A DNA stretch of 64,000 bases from a virus, in the IMG/VR virus record IMGVR_UViG_3300033512_000347, positions 21,083 through 85,082 of that record, one strand, 5' to 3'. Every line of letters starts with the position of its first letter. The first letter of the stretch is position 1. Below the pieces are notes generated by a model. That model did not search any database. It saw nothing but the letters and a program-made list of their open reading frames with translations, and had not been told where the DNA came from. Below are positions 37,988 through 47,924 of this stretch, one piece after another. The position numbers were made by a program, and so were the translations under genes.

Positions 37988-38299
37988 TTATTTCATTCTG
38001 GTTAATATTTCATTCTCTTTCTCTAAATATTTTACTTTAGTTTCTAAGGTTGCTATCTGTCTAGTTAAGTGGATAATAGTATCAACCATTTTAGATTTTT
38101 CTTTCGCAGATTCGATTAATAGTTGTTCTAAATTATTGATTCTGGCTCTTAAATCTTCTCTATACGCGTTTTCATCTAATTTTTCTTCCTTTCTTTGATT
38201 ATCTAATTTATTTAATCTAGTATCGTAAAACTTCCAAGCTCCAGCAGAACCTAGTACTGTTACTAAAGTAACAGCTATTGTAATAAAACTATCTATCAT
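37988..38299 (-). CDS. N-terminal TM plus coiled-coil protein (lysis-associated candidate)
   Basis: Start moved to MIDSF (38299) because the track start spans a terminator. Confidence 0.55.
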   Translation of the reverse strand: MIDSFITIAVTLVTVLGSAGAWKFYDTRLNKLDNQRKEEKLDENAYREDLRARINNLEQLLIESAKEKSKMVDTIIHLTRQIATLETKVKYLEKENEILTRMK

Positions 38300-38342
38300 T
38301 ATTATATTTTTGTAGGTTTTTAATATAACTATAAATACAAAA

Positions 38343-38359
38343 GGCCCTCGAAGAGGGCC
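38343..38359 (-). terminator. Rho-independent terminator after nrdA C-half
   Basis: GGCCCTC-TTC-GAGGGCC then TTTTGTATTT on minus strand. Confidence 0.7.
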
Positions 38360-38386
38360 AATCATTTTTATTAAAATCAATAATTC

Positions 38387-40081
38387 TTAACTACTGCAAA
38401 AAGTACATTCTTCATCTTCTTGTGGGGCGTTGAATACTCGCTCTTTAGGTTTTTCTAGGCCTAAAGATTGTAAAGGTGTTGATGCTGCTTGGGAACGAAG
38501 ATAATACATTCCTGTTTTTAATCCTTTTTTCCAAGCATACATATGCATTGAAGATAATTTACCCACTGTAGGTTCAGCCATCCATAAATTCATACTCTGG
38601 GATTGATCTATAAATACTCCTCTATCTGCTGCCATATCTATAATATCTTTCATCGACATTTCCCAAACCGTTTTGTATCTTTCTCTAATATCTTTTGGAA
38701 TATATTCTAACGACTGGATTGAACCTTTGTTTACAATAACATCATATTTAGTATATTCGTCCCATAATCCTATTTCTTCTAAATCTCTTACTAAATGTTT
38801 ATTAGTAGTAATAAATTCTCCAGCTAATACCCTTCTAGTACCAATATTAGATTTAAAAGGTTCAAATGCTTCATTATTACCCATAATTTGTGCTGTAGAT
38901 GCGGTTGGCATTGGCGCTACTAACAATGAGTTTCTTACTCCATATTCATATATATTTTTCCTTAAACTTGACCAAGAAATAACTAAATCCTCTAATATTT
39001 TATCAGGAGTTTCTACATCCCACAAATCTTGTTGTAATATACCTTGAGAAATTGGAGATCCTTCATAACTCTCATATTTTCCATCTTTTTCTGCTGAATC
39101 ACAAGAAGATCTTAATGCAGCATAATATAAGGTTTCAAAAATATCTTTATTTAATTGTTTAGCTTCTTCACTACTAAATGGTAATTTAAGAATAGCAAAG
39201 ACATCTGCTAAACCTTGCACTCCCCACCCCACAGGTCTATGTCTGTTATTTGAAGTTTTCGTTTCCTTTGTTGGATAAATATTTTTATCAATAACTGTAT
39301 TAAGGTTTTTAGTCCCCCTATAAACTATATTAAATAGTTTAACAAAACTAAATCTCCCTCCTTCGATACATGAAACTAAATTCACTGAAGCTAAATTACA
39401 AACAGCCTGTTCATCTGGTGATGAATATTCTATAATTTCTGTACATAAATTACTTGATTTTATTGTACCTAAATTCTTTTGGTTTGATTTTCTATTCGCT
39501 GCATCTTTGTACAACATATATGGTGTACCTGTTTCTGTTTGGGCTTCTAAAATAGCATTCCATAAATCTCTAGCTTTAATTTTTTTACCAGGCATTTTCC
39601 TATCTTCAATTGCATCTACAATTTTCATATATTCTAAATTAAATTCTTCATTATGAAGTTCATCTAATCTAGTAAAACCAGCTTTAATTTGTTCATTAGG
39701 ACAAGATAGATACCAATCACCATCTATTTCAACTTGATTCATAAACAGATCAGGAATCCATAAAGCCGGAAATAAATCTCTTGCTCTTAACTCCTCTTTC
39801 CCATGAGTTTTTCTTATATCCAAAAGAGTATAAACATCAGAATGCCAAGGTTCTAGATACATAGCAAATGAGCCTTTACGTTTATTACCACCATTATGGA
39901 CTATACCAATATTTTTAACATGGTAATTATGTATTCCATCAACATGGAGATCGTAAACTTTACCTTTGTATTGTGATTTTGAAATAGTGTTTACTTTATT
40001 AAATTTTAATTTGGATAAATCTAATCCTACTTCGTAATAATTTTCTAATTGTATTTCTTCCATATTATTCTTCATATTCAT
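38387..40081 (-). CDS. nrdA: Class Ia ribonucleotide reductase alpha, C-terminal fragment fused to C-intein
   Basis: After VHN: [42 protein letters not shown], terminal CTFC. Confidence 0.95.
   Translation of the reverse strand: MNMKNNMEEIQLENYYEVGLDLSKLKFNKVNTISKSQYKGKVYDLHVDGIHNYHVKNIGIVHNGGNKRKGSFAMYLEPWHSDVYTLLDIRKTHGKEELRARDLFPALWIPDLFMNQVEIDGDWYLSCPNEQIKAGFTRLDELHNEEFNLEYMKIVDAIEDRKMPGKKIKARDLWNAILEAQTETGTPYMLYKDAANRKSNQKNLGTIKSSNLCTEIIEYSSPDEQAVCNLASVNLVSCIEGGRFSFVKLFNIVYRGTKNLNTVIDKNIYPTKETKTSNNRHRPVGWGVQGLADVFAILKLPFSSEEAKQLNKDIFETLYYAALRSSCDSAEKDGKYESYEGSPISQGILQQDLWDVETPDKILEDLVISWSSLRKNIYEYGVRNSLLVAPMPTASTAQIMGNNEAFEPFKSNIGTRRVLAGEFITTNKHLVRDLEEIGLWDEYTKYDVIVNKGSIQSLEYIPKDIRERYKTVWEMSMKDIIDMAADRGVFIDQSQSMNLWMAEPTVGKLSSMHMYAWKKGLKTGMYYLRSQAASTPLQSLGLEKPKERVFNAPQEDEECTFCSS
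39893..40081 (-). other. Split intein C-fragment (up to 63 aa)
   Basis: Block [13 protein letters not shown] and block G IVHN; next residue Gly. Confidence 0.9.
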
Positions 40082-40376
40082 TGTTTTCTTCTTTATCAGT
40101 CATAAATTCCCCATTTTTTATAAAATATCTTGAATTTTCTCTATCATCTTCATTATCTTCTAGATATTCAGTATCTACTAAATATTCAATAGCTTCTTCA
40201 GGATCAGAAATTAAATTAAATTTATTTAAATCTACTAACTCCCACATATCTTCATCTTGGAAATGAGATATATGATCCGTTACTTCTTTTTTCCATTGTT
40301 TGAAATAACTTAAGGGATTATTTACTTTGATTTCGTTTATACCTGCAAGTTCTTGCATTCGTTTTATTTCTTTCAT
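40065..40376 (-). CDS. Acidic hypothetical protein with [11 protein letters not shown]-terminal motif
   Basis: ORF track; coupled to flanking genes by overlaps. Confidence 0.65.
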   Translation of the reverse strand: MKEIKRMQELAGINEIKVNNPLSYFKQWKKEVTDHISHFQDEDMWELVDLNKFNLISDPEEAIEYLVDTEYLEDNEDDRENSRYFIKNGEFMTDKEENNEYEE

Positions 40377-40906
40377 ATTTTATTATATTTCTTTCTATTT
40401 TGTGTTCTAGTTAATATTTGTAGATTATTATAATGATGTTTACCTCCTTTAGAAAGAGGTAATTTATGATCTACTTCATGTTTTACTCCTGTCTCTAAAG
40501 TTAATCTTTTAGATTCTTTATAAAGATTTAAAATTAGTTGTTGTTCTTCTTTACTTAATGAGTTCAAATCCACTCTTTCTTTTAATCTACGTCTATTAAC
40601 TCTATTTAAATAATCTTCACTATTTTCTTTAACATAATTTCTTCTCCAAATTTGAAATTCCTCAGTTTTATACCTTTCAATTCTTTTATTTTCAAAATAA
40701 CATGGATTTAATTCATAATATTCTTTATTATACTGTGATACTCCTTTTTTATTTTGAATATTATATAGTTTCCTAGCTTCCCAACTATGACCATTTTTAA
40801 ATGAATCTTTAGGTTGTATGGAGTTAGTTATATTACAATATTTCATTCCATACAAACCTAAAGTTATATTATACTCATTTATCTCTTTTCTTGTTAATTT
40901 CTTCAC
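40373..40906 (-). CDS. HNH homing endonuclease between nrdA halves
   Basis: HEVDHKLPLSKGGKHHYNNLQILTRTQNRKK. Confidence 0.88.
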   Translation of the reverse strand: MKKLTRKEINEYNITLGLYGMKYCNITNSIQPKDSFKNGHSWEARKLYNIQNKKGVSQYNKEYYELNPCYFENKRIERYKTEEFQIWRRNYVKENSEDYLNRVNRRRLKERVDLNSLSKEEQQLILNLYKESKRLTLETGVKHEVDHKLPLSKGGKHHYNNLQILTRTQNRKKYNKI

Positions 40907-41030
40907 TATTAATATCTTTTATAATTAATTTTTCAACAAATTCTTTTAATGAAATATCATTCTCGGAAACATAAATCTTAGCTAGTTTCCAAATTTGTTC
41001 ATCTATTTGTATTTGTTTTAATTTTTTCAT
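40875..41030 (-). CDS. Small ribbon-helix-helix-like protein (51 aa, not in ORF track)
   Basis: Manual translation MKKLKQIQIDEQIWKLAKIYVSENDISLKEFVEKLI...; TATTTATA motif 5 nt upstream. Confidence 0.6.
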   Translation of the reverse strand: MKKLKQIQIDEQIWKLAKIYVSENDISLKEFVEKLIIKDINSEEINKKRDK

Positions 41031-41051
41031 CGTATATAAATATTAATAATT

Positions 41052-41067
41052 TCTCGAGAACTCGAGA
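41052..41067. terminator. Inverted repeat TCTCGA-GAAC-TCGAGA after nrdA N-half
   Basis: Stem 5 nt after the stop codon; weak U-tract. Confidence 0.4.
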
Positions 41068-41071
41068 TATT

Positions 41072-42223
41072 TTAAATAGTAATAATTAAGTCATCTAATC
41101 CAACATATCTAGCTTCTACCCATTCTGGTAAAACCACTTTAGAATTTAATCTATCTTGTAATTCTTTTTCTGTAAATTTGTTTCCATCTTTAATTACATA
41201 AAATGGGTGTTTTGGAGTTACTTTTACACCATTAATTTCCATAATTTCACCTTCATAATCAGAGATCATAATCTCATGAAGAGGATAAAATTTACCATCA
41301 CTAGTAATAACTTTATGTTCTAAGGTTAAATCTTTAAATTTAACAAAACCTTGATTGGTTTCCACTTCTTGTTCTCCATCAAAACATTGATCCCAGTATC
41401 TAGCTAATTCGTTGTAAGTTCTTAAATAAGGTAAAATTCCATTGGAAGTACCATTAGTTGAATGAATTCTAGAACCTGCCGCTCTTAAATTAGATATAGA
41501 TAATCCTATACCTCCAGCAAATGAAGAAATTATAGATACATCTTTAGCAGTATCCATAATACCATCTTTACTATCTCCTTTATTATTGATTAAAAAGCAA
41601 GATGCTAATTGTTGTCCTTTTAAACCTGAATTAAATATTGTTGGTGTTGCATGAGTGTATTCCCAGTTTGATAATGATTGGTATGTTTTTAAGGCATCTT
41701 CCCAATTTGTTGTTACTGTTATAGCCTCTCTCATATACATATCTTGTGGGCGTTCTAGTATAGTATTATCTATTTTAAGTAGGTATGCTTTTTCTAAGGT
41801 TTTAAAACCAAAATAATCAAGCATGAAATCCTTTTCATAGTTTATGACCGATTGTATATTTTCAAATCCATAAGATTTAACATCTTTTATATATTGTTCG
41901 TTTAATAATCCATTTTTTTCTAAAATATTGAATACTTCTTCAAAACTACCCAATGTTTCTTTATGTAGAGCAGACATAGCAATATTAGCTGCTAATTTAC
42001 TATAATCTGGGTGATTTGTTGTCAAAGATGCAGCTGTGTCTGCTGCTAGTTTATCTAATTCTGTTGTTGTAACTCCATCATATAATCCTTGCACAACTTT
42101 CATTGATACTTCAAGATGGTTTACTTTTAATCCAGTACTAGCTTTTTTAATTCTTGTTTGAATTTTTCCAAGATCTATATTTACTAATCTTCCGTTACGT
42201 TTTTTTACTTTTAATTCTTCCAT
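41072..42223 (-). CDS. nrdA: Class Ia ribonucleotide reductase alpha, N-terminal fragment (ATP cone) fused to N-intein
   Basis: VKKRNG ATP cone, ERPQDMYMR, HATPTIFNSG, QLASCFL, GGIG, LARYWDQ then intein. Confidence 0.95.
   Translation of the reverse strand: MEELKVKKRNGRLVNIDLGKIQTRIKKASTGLKVNHLEVSMKVVQGLYDGVTTTELDKLAADTAASLTTNHPDYSKLAANIAMSALHKETLGSFEEVFNILEKNGLLNEQYIKDVKSYGFENIQSVINYEKDFMLDYFGFKTLEKAYLLKIDNTILERPQDMYMREAITVTTNWEDALKTYQSLSNWEYTHATPTIFNSGLKGQQLASCFLINNKGDSKDGIMDTAKDVSIISSFAGGIGLSISNLRAAGSRIHSTNGTSNGILPYLRTYNELARYWDQCFDGEQEVETNQGFVKFKDLTLEHKVITSDGKFYPLHEIMISDYEGEIMEINGVKVTPKHPFYVIKDGNKFTEKELQDRLNSKVVLPEWVEARYVGLDDLIITI
41075..41386 (-). other. Split intein N-fragment (104 aa)
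   Basis: Block A CFDGEQEVET, block B VTPKHPF, ends ..VGLDDLIITI-stop. Confidence 0.9.
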
Positions 42224-43176
42224 TAAAATTCTTCTCCAAAATTAATCTCACTTTTTTCGGTACCTACACCAGCTTTTCTATAATCACTTACTTTCTTTTC
42301 AAAGAAGTTAGCTTGTCCTTGTAATGCTATCATTTCCATAAAACCAAAAGGTTGTTTTACATTAAAAACTTTTTCACAACCAAAATCTGATAGTAATCTA
42401 TCTGTAACAAATTCTAAATATTGAGACATTAATTGGGAGTTCATTCCAATTAAACTCACAGGTAAACTTTCTAAAATAAATTCTTTCTCAATTTCTAATG
42501 CACTTAATAAAATTTCTTTAATTCTTTCTTGTGGAACTTTACTAACTAAATGATTATTATGTAGATGGACCGCAAAATCACAATGCATTCCTTCATCACG
42601 AGAAATTAATTCGTTTGAAAACGTTAATCCTGGCATTAATCCTCTATTTTTTAACCAAAATATTGAACAAAAACTTCCACTAAAGAAAATACCTTCTACA
42701 GCGGCAAACGCAATTAAACGTTCTGCAAATGATGGAGAATCTATCCATTTTAATGCCCAATCTGCTTTTTTCTTAATAGCAGAAAAGTATTCTATTGCTT
42801 TAAATAATTTATTTTTTTCAATTGGATCTTTTACATAAGTATCAATCAAAAGTGAATATGTTTCACTATGTATATTTTCCATCATTACTTGGAAACCATA
42901 GAAGAATTTAGCTTCTGGGTATTGGACTTCAGATAAGAAATTCTCTGCTAAGTTTTCGTTTACAATTCCATCAGAAGCTGCAAAAAATGCTAAAATATGT
43001 TTAATGAAATACTGCTCTTGTGGAGTTAATTCATCAAATCTGTCATCTTTTAAATCGATTTCTTCAGCAGTCCATATAGATGCTTGTTGTTTTTTATACA
43101 TTTCCCACAAGTCGGGATGTTTAATAGGAAAGATTACAAATCTATCCTTATTTTCTTTTAAAATTGGTTCCATCAT
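42223..43176 (-). CDS. nrdB: Class Ia ribonucleotide reductase beta
   Basis: [38 protein letters not shown]. Confidence 0.97.
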   Translation of the reverse strand: MMEPILKENKDRFVIFPIKHPDLWEMYKKQQASIWTAEEIDLKDDRFDELTPQEQYFIKHILAFFAASDGIVNENLAENFLSEVQYPEAKFFYGFQVMMENIHSETYSLLIDTYVKDPIEKNKLFKAIEYFSAIKKKADWALKWIDSPSFAERLIAFAAVEGIFFSGSFCSIFWLKNRGLMPGLTFSNELISRDEGMHCDFAVHLHNNHLVSKVPQERIKEILLSALEIEKEFILESLPVSLIGMNSQLMSQYLEFVTDRLLSDFGCEKVFNVKQPFGFMEMIALQGQANFFEKKVSDYRKAGVGTEKSEINFGEEF

Positions 43177-43209
43177 ATTTTTATATTTGTTAAAGTGTAG
43201 AAATAAATA

Positions 43210-44574
43210 TTATTCGATTTTAAAATCTTTAAATTTAGATAATAATAATTCTTTTTCATCTTTTCTAACTTCTCTTGGGTTTTCTTTTTTAACTTCTTTA
43301 TACTCTTCAGTATCATCATATTCTCCAGTAATAAAGAATGTTCCTGTTTCAGTATCAATATTAACATTATATGAATTACCGTCTCCACCATATCTATTTT
43401 TCATAATATGCCATCTTCCTTTACCAGATGTTTTATCTGTTCTTTGTCTCGATTGAGACATTGAAAAATCTACAATCATTAATTTATCATAACTTCCAGC
43501 AGATTTATCACCTTCAATAATATCATCTTTAGCACCCGCTCTATTTACTTGAGATACAGACCATATAGGTATATCTAATTCTTTAGCTAAACCTTTAGTC
43601 CCATAATAAAGATCATCAATTTCCGCTTTTGCATCTTTTCTTTTTGTTGGAGGTTTTAATAAATCTACATAATCTATAATAACTAAATCAGGTTTATGTC
43701 CTAAATCAATACATTTTTGAATATGAGCTTTAATAGACATTAAAGACGCAGATTTAGGAGCATATTCTTTAATTATAAGATTATTTTCATATTTAGATAA
43801 TAAATTTGGTAATTCTTCTTTTCTACCATCTAATTCACTCATAGGAATTTTAGTAAGACAAGCATCATATCTTTTCCCTACATAATTCTCACCTAATTCA
43901 AGGGTATAATGATTTACTCTATATCCTTCACTCAATGCCTCTGCTCCAATAGCAACCAACGCCCATGATTTACCACCACCTGGACCACCATATATAAGAC
44001 CAAAATCACCATTTCCTAAACCTCCAGCTAGTTTATCATTAATTTCTTTCCATGGAGTTGGTACAACTTTACGTGCATCTTCCATATATCGAGCATTAAT
44101 ATCTTTGATATATTCCATTCCAATATTTTTATCTTGACCTGCTTTTAATGCATTTTCAATATTAATACGGATTTCTTCATATTGACCCGTATTTAATAAG
44201 TCAACTGAATCTAGTAATGCCTTTTTTAATTTTTGGTTGATACAAAAATCACTAAATTCTTTTTCAACATATTCTTTATCTTCGTTTTCTAATGAATATA
44301 TAGCTTTTAATTGTTCTTTTATAGCGGTTTGGAGAACTTCATTATCCAATTTTTTTACCTCAACAGTAAAATATTCCAGATTTGGTGGTGAATGATATTT
44401 ATCAAAATAATCCAAAATATTTTCTACTATATATTTTTGACCTATATGCTCAAAAAAATCTATTTCTATAGTATCACGAATATTTAATAAGAATTGTCTT
44501 TCTTTTAATAAGGAATTGATTACCTTTAGTTGAAAAGAATGACCATATTCTGATAGTGTTTTTAATGCACTCAT
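43210..44574 (-). CDS. Replicative helicase (DnaB/T4 gp41-like)
   Basis: GGPGGGKS, YTLE, IIDYVDLL, SQVNR, KNRYG. Confidence 0.93.
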   Translation of the reverse strand: MSALKTLSEYGHSFQLKVINSLLKERQFLLNIRDTIEIDFFEHIGQKYIVENILDYFDKYHSPPNLEYFTVEVKKLDNEVLQTAIKEQLKAIYSLENEDKEYVEKEFSDFCINQKLKKALLDSVDLLNTGQYEEIRINIENALKAGQDKNIGMEYIKDINARYMEDARKVVPTPWKEINDKLAGGLGNGDFGLIYGGPGGGKSWALVAIGAEALSEGYRVNHYTLELGENYVGKRYDACLTKIPMSELDGRKEELPNLLSKYENNLIIKEYAPKSASLMSIKAHIQKCIDLGHKPDLVIIDYVDLLKPPTKRKDAKAEIDDLYYGTKGLAKELDIPIWSVSQVNRAGAKDDIIEGDKSAGSYDKLMIVDFSMSQSRQRTDKTSGKGRWHIMKNRYGGDGNSYNVNIDTETGTFFITGEYDDTEEYKEVKKENPREVRKDEKELLLSKFKDFKIE

Positions 44575-44580
44575 AACTTT

Positions 44581-44871
44581 TTATTTATTGTTTTTAATTT
44601 GTGATTTCAACATTTCCTCCAATTCTTTTTCACAATCAATTGAATGGTAGTAATTTAAATTATCTAGTTCTCTAGTATATTTTATAGGTTGTTTTAGATA
44701 TTCTTTATATGATAAGTTTTTAACATTAAATAACCAATGAATGAAAGTTAATATTTTCCCTTTAAAACCCACATTAAATGTATTATTAACTGTTAATTTT
44801 ATAGTTTTACCTCCTTTAACTTCTATACTTGTTATTTTAATATTTAATTCTGGTAAATTATATTCTTCCAT
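44581..44871 (-). CDS. Hypothetical protein
   Basis: ORF track. Confidence 0.45.
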   Translation of the reverse strand: MEEYNLPELNIKITSIEVKGGKTIKLTVNNTFNVGFKGKILTFIHWLFNVKNLSYKEYLKQPIKYTRELDNLNYYHSIDCEKELEEMLKSQIKNNK

Positions 44872-45890
44872 TATTTATATTTATTCAAAGGTTCAAAATT
44901 ATTTGTTAACCATATATTTAAATTTGGTATAGAATTTTCTAATTTATCTTGTGTATAGTAATTTATAAATTTACTTTTATTAAAATTATAAGGTTTATCT
45001 GATACTAGATTATCTAATTTTGTTTTTTCCTGTTCTGGAATATTTGGTGATTTTAAATCCATCAATTTTTCATTAATATATAATTGATGTTTAAAATTAT
45101 ATATATCTCCATACCAAGGATTATTATCACTTTCTATATAACTTTTATCTATTATCTCTTGTAGTGAAATAGGTTTAGACTCAGTTAATTCGGGAAACAA
45201 TTTATATAATTTCTTTAATCCTATTTTCGGAACTTTCGGAACATTATCAGAAGTATCTCCTAATATTATCTTTTTATTTAAAAAATTACAAGGCCAAACC
45301 CCAAATTCTTCAAATACATCAATTTCAGTATAATACTTCTTTTTTATAGGGGAATATACAGTAATTTTTTTATTTACCAACTGTAAAAAATCTTGATCGG
45401 CTGATACTATAACAGATTGTGTGAATTTAGGTGCTAAATAAGCGATAATATCATCAGCCTCCAACTTATCAATAACTGATATGGAAACAGGAAGACATTT
45501 AAGATAATCAATTAATCTAAGCATTTGATCTTTCATAGATTCTGATTCTTGTTCTAAATTATCAAAACCAGTCCAATTGGTTATTCTTTTTATTTTACGT
45601 GTTCCTTTATAATCTGAGTATAGATTCTTTTTATTATGTATATTACCTTCTCCATCAAATACTAGGATAACTCTTGTTGGTTGAATCTCGTTTATCATAG
45701 CTCCTAATGAGCGAAGATACCCAAATAATCCCCCAATATGATGTCCTTGTAAGTTAAATTTGTTTATAAAAGAGAAACTTCTAATAAACATATTCATACT
45801 ATCAATGAGAAGAACTCGATCGTTTAAATCATCTTTAATTTCGATCGAATTCTCACTTATTAAATTTAGTAAATCTTTATACTTACTCAT
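44871..45890 (-). CDS. 5'-3' exonuclease / flap endonuclease (T4 RNase H-like)
   Basis: LLIDSMN, VFDG, YKGTR, EADD, SADQDF.QL, GDTSDNVP.V..IG. Confidence 0.93.
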   Translation of the reverse strand: MSKYKDLLNLISENSIEIKDDLNDRVLLIDSMNMFIRSFSFINKFNLQGHHIGGLFGYLRSLGAMINEIQPTRVILVFDGEGNIHNKKNLYSDYKGTRKIKRITNWTGFDNLEQESESMKDQMLRLIDYLKCLPVSISVIDKLEADDIIAYLAPKFTQSVIVSADQDFLQLVNKKITVYSPIKKKYYTEIDVFEEFGVWPCNFLNKKIILGDTSDNVPKVPKIGLKKLYKLFPELTESKPISLQEIIDKSYIESDNNPWYGDIYNFKHQLYINEKLMDLKSPNIPEQEKTKLDNLVSDKPYNFNKSKFINYYTQDKLENSIPNLNIWLTNNFEPLNKYK

Positions 45891-46944
45891 TTACAAAATC
45901 AACTTCTGATTCAGGAACATTTTCCTCAGTAAAGGTAAAATCTTCAGAACCTAATATTAGACCCCATTCTTTCTTATGTTCTTTTTTATAAGAATCTTGT
46001 TCTGCTGGAGTATCCTTGATAAAACCATGAGCTGTACTAATTAATGTCCCCTTCCCAGTATTTCCTGTAACATGATTTTTATCAACTTGGATTTTAGTTT
46101 TTAAACCCCATTCAATAACTTTTTTATCTTTTGTTACATTTAATTTTTGGGTACCATCACTTGTGATATTACCAAAAGTAATAGCTAATGAACAATCATA
46201 ATACATTGAATCTCCATTCTTATTCTTCATTTTTGGTTGAGACATAGGAGTTAATGCGGGTTCAACCCAAATTTTATTTACATATAATGCAGTGTTAGTA
46301 TAAGGTTGGGATTCTTTTCTCGATAATACTATTTGTTGATTAACAAAATTAGCAAATTGTTGAGATAAAGCACCAGCATTCCACATAGGAGAATTTGAAG
46401 ATTTTTCCAAACTCATTCTACTTGGGATAGAACCAATAGAGTCCCATAAAAATAATAAGTCATATGGTAGATTTCCTTTTTTCTGCTCATTTAACATATC
46501 CATGATAAACTCAGCAACATCTTCAATACATTTTAAACGCTCTGAGTCAACATATATGAAAAAACCATCATAAGATATATTTCCATCTTTGTCTGTTGTT
46601 TTTCCTAAGTTAAATCCCATAGTTTCCCAATGTTCCCAACTATGTTTCATTTCCGTAATAATAATTACAGGTAAAATTCCATCCTTTTGGGCTTGAACCG
46701 CTTGTTCAATAAGTAATGTAGTTTTACCAGTATTACTTCTTCCCCTAATTAATGTAGTATGACCTTTTGGAGTACCAGGTATTTGTAATACCTCTCTTAC
46801 TGGTTCTGAAAATGCAATCCATTCTTGTTTTTTATAATTTGAATTAGTAGAACCTAAATTTTTACCATTTTTAAATTTATCTAAACTAAAAGATGAATTT
46901 ATTTTCTTTCCTAATTCACCCGATAAGCTATTGTTTTTCGCCAT
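45883..46944 (-). CDS. uvsX: RecA/UvsX-like recombinase
   Basis: GRSNTGKTT, LFLWDSIGS, K.KIQVDKNH. Confidence 0.8.
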   Translation of the reverse strand: MAKNNSLSGELGKKINSSFSLDKFKNGKNLGSTNSNYKKQEWIAFSEPVREVLQIPGTPKGHTTLIRGRSNTGKTTLLIEQAVQAQKDGILPVIIITEMKHSWEHWETMGFNLGKTTDKDGNISYDGFFIYVDSERLKCIEDVAEFIMDMLNEQKKGNLPYDLLFLWDSIGSIPSRMSLEKSSNSPMWNAGALSQQFANFVNQQIVLSRKESQPYTNTALYVNKIWVEPALTPMSQPKMKNKNGDSMYYDCSLAITFGNITSDGTQKLNVTKDKKVIEWGLKTKIQVDKNHVTGNTGKGTLISTAHGFIKDTPAEQDSYKKEHKKEWGLILGSEDFTFTEENVPESEVDFVNE

Positions 46945-46964
46945 TTAAGTCTTTTTAAAATTAA

Positions 46965-46980
46965 CCCCCTCGAAAGGGGG
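46965..46980 (-). terminator. Rho-independent terminator after ssb
   Basis: CCCCCT-TTCG-AGGGGG then TTAATTTT on minus strand. Confidence 0.7.
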
Positions 46981-46991
46981 CATAAATAATT

Positions 46992-47795
46992 TTACTCTTC
47001 TTTAAAGAGTTCTTCAAATTCAGATTCAGTAATAACATCCTTCTTAACTTTTTTAGTTGAAGATGCTGTTACAACATCACCTGGTTCTGATGGGAATGCA
47101 TTGTTGGCTTCGGTAGTAGTAGTTTCCTCAGCTTCTGGTTCTAACCAAGATTCTAAAAACCCTTTGATTTGATCAAATGTGAATCTATTATAAAATCCTA
47201 CTAAATCTGGTTGTGTATTTAACCAATTTTCAACATCAGTTGAATTAGATGATAATGGAGTAGATTTCATTGTAGGTCTAATAGCAGATTCTTTATATGT
47301 AGCACCTTGTGTTACATCTAATTTAAAGTCTCTACCTTCAATAGCATCAGTAAAATCACCAACTTCTTCATCAGCCGCATATGCTAATAATTCTTGGTAA
47401 ATCTTAATACCAAATTCATAGAATCTAACACCTTTATCTTCTTCACCACGAACAATAACGGGAGCAAAAACTCTCATTTTTGGTTCGATTTTTTTAGCTA
47501 ATTTCCAATCTTCAGGATCTTTAGATTTTCTTAAGTTTTTAGCGAATTCAACAATAGGATCTTTTTCACCAAAATTAATTGGAGAAATAATAGTTCTTTT
47601 ACCAAACTGATAATGAAAATACAATTCTACAAATGGATTTTCTGGGTTTGATTTTAGTGGAACAAAGCGGATTAAATGTTTTCCGATTGTGGTTTTCCAA
47701 AAATATTTTGCTTTTTCATCAGCATTTTTGGAACTCTTCCCTTTTTGTGGATTTTGTAAGTTCTCTAACTTACTTTGGATTGCTTTAATATCCAT
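46992..47795 (-). CDS. Single-stranded DNA-binding protein (T4 gp32-like)
   Basis: FWK...G...IRFVP, F..LYFHY, DPI.EF, G.DF.L, acidic tail FEELF. Confidence 0.85.
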   Translation of the reverse strand: MDIKAIQSKLENLQNPQKGKSSKNADEKAKYFWKTTIGKHLIRFVPLKSNPENPFVELYFHYQFGKRTIISPINFGEKDPIVEFAKNLRKSKDPEDWKLAKKIEPKMRVFAPVIVRGEEDKGVRFYEFGIKIYQELLAYAADEEVGDFTDAIEGRDFKLDVTQGATYKESAIRPTMKSTPLSSNSTDVENWLNTQPDLVGFYNRFTFDQIKGFLESWLEPEAEETTTTEANNAFPSEPGDVVTASSTKKVKKDVITESEFEELFKEE

Positions 47796-47829
47796 ATTTA
47801 AAAATTAATTGGTTACGTAATTTGTATTT

Positions 47830-47861
47830 GGAATATATAAAGGAAGAATCTAATATCCAAA
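47830..47861 (-). promoter_or_regulatory. Bacteroidota sigma70-type promoter
   Basis: TTTG-N20-TATATTCC. Confidence 0.45.
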
Positions 47862-47924
47862 TATTTAGGGTAAAAAAGAGGATAAATTTTTATCCTCTAA
47901 TTTGTTTATATTTTATAATATAAA

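Noticed and set aside
29390-38380. Track 5' extensions of 29024..29461 and 37988..38380 (also 1166..1552)
   Set aside because: They overlap upstream genes or a terminator; downstream ATGs fit better.
40065-41074. Contiguous intein with internal HNH broken by sequencing frameshifts
   Set aside because: Three intervening ORFs have their own starts and stops, plus a hairpin and a promoter-like motif. IntN and IntC end and start cleanly, as in true split inteins.
43173-43391. 72-aa minus-strand ORF overlapping the helicase end
   Set aside because: Alternate-frame overlap with low-complexity sequence.
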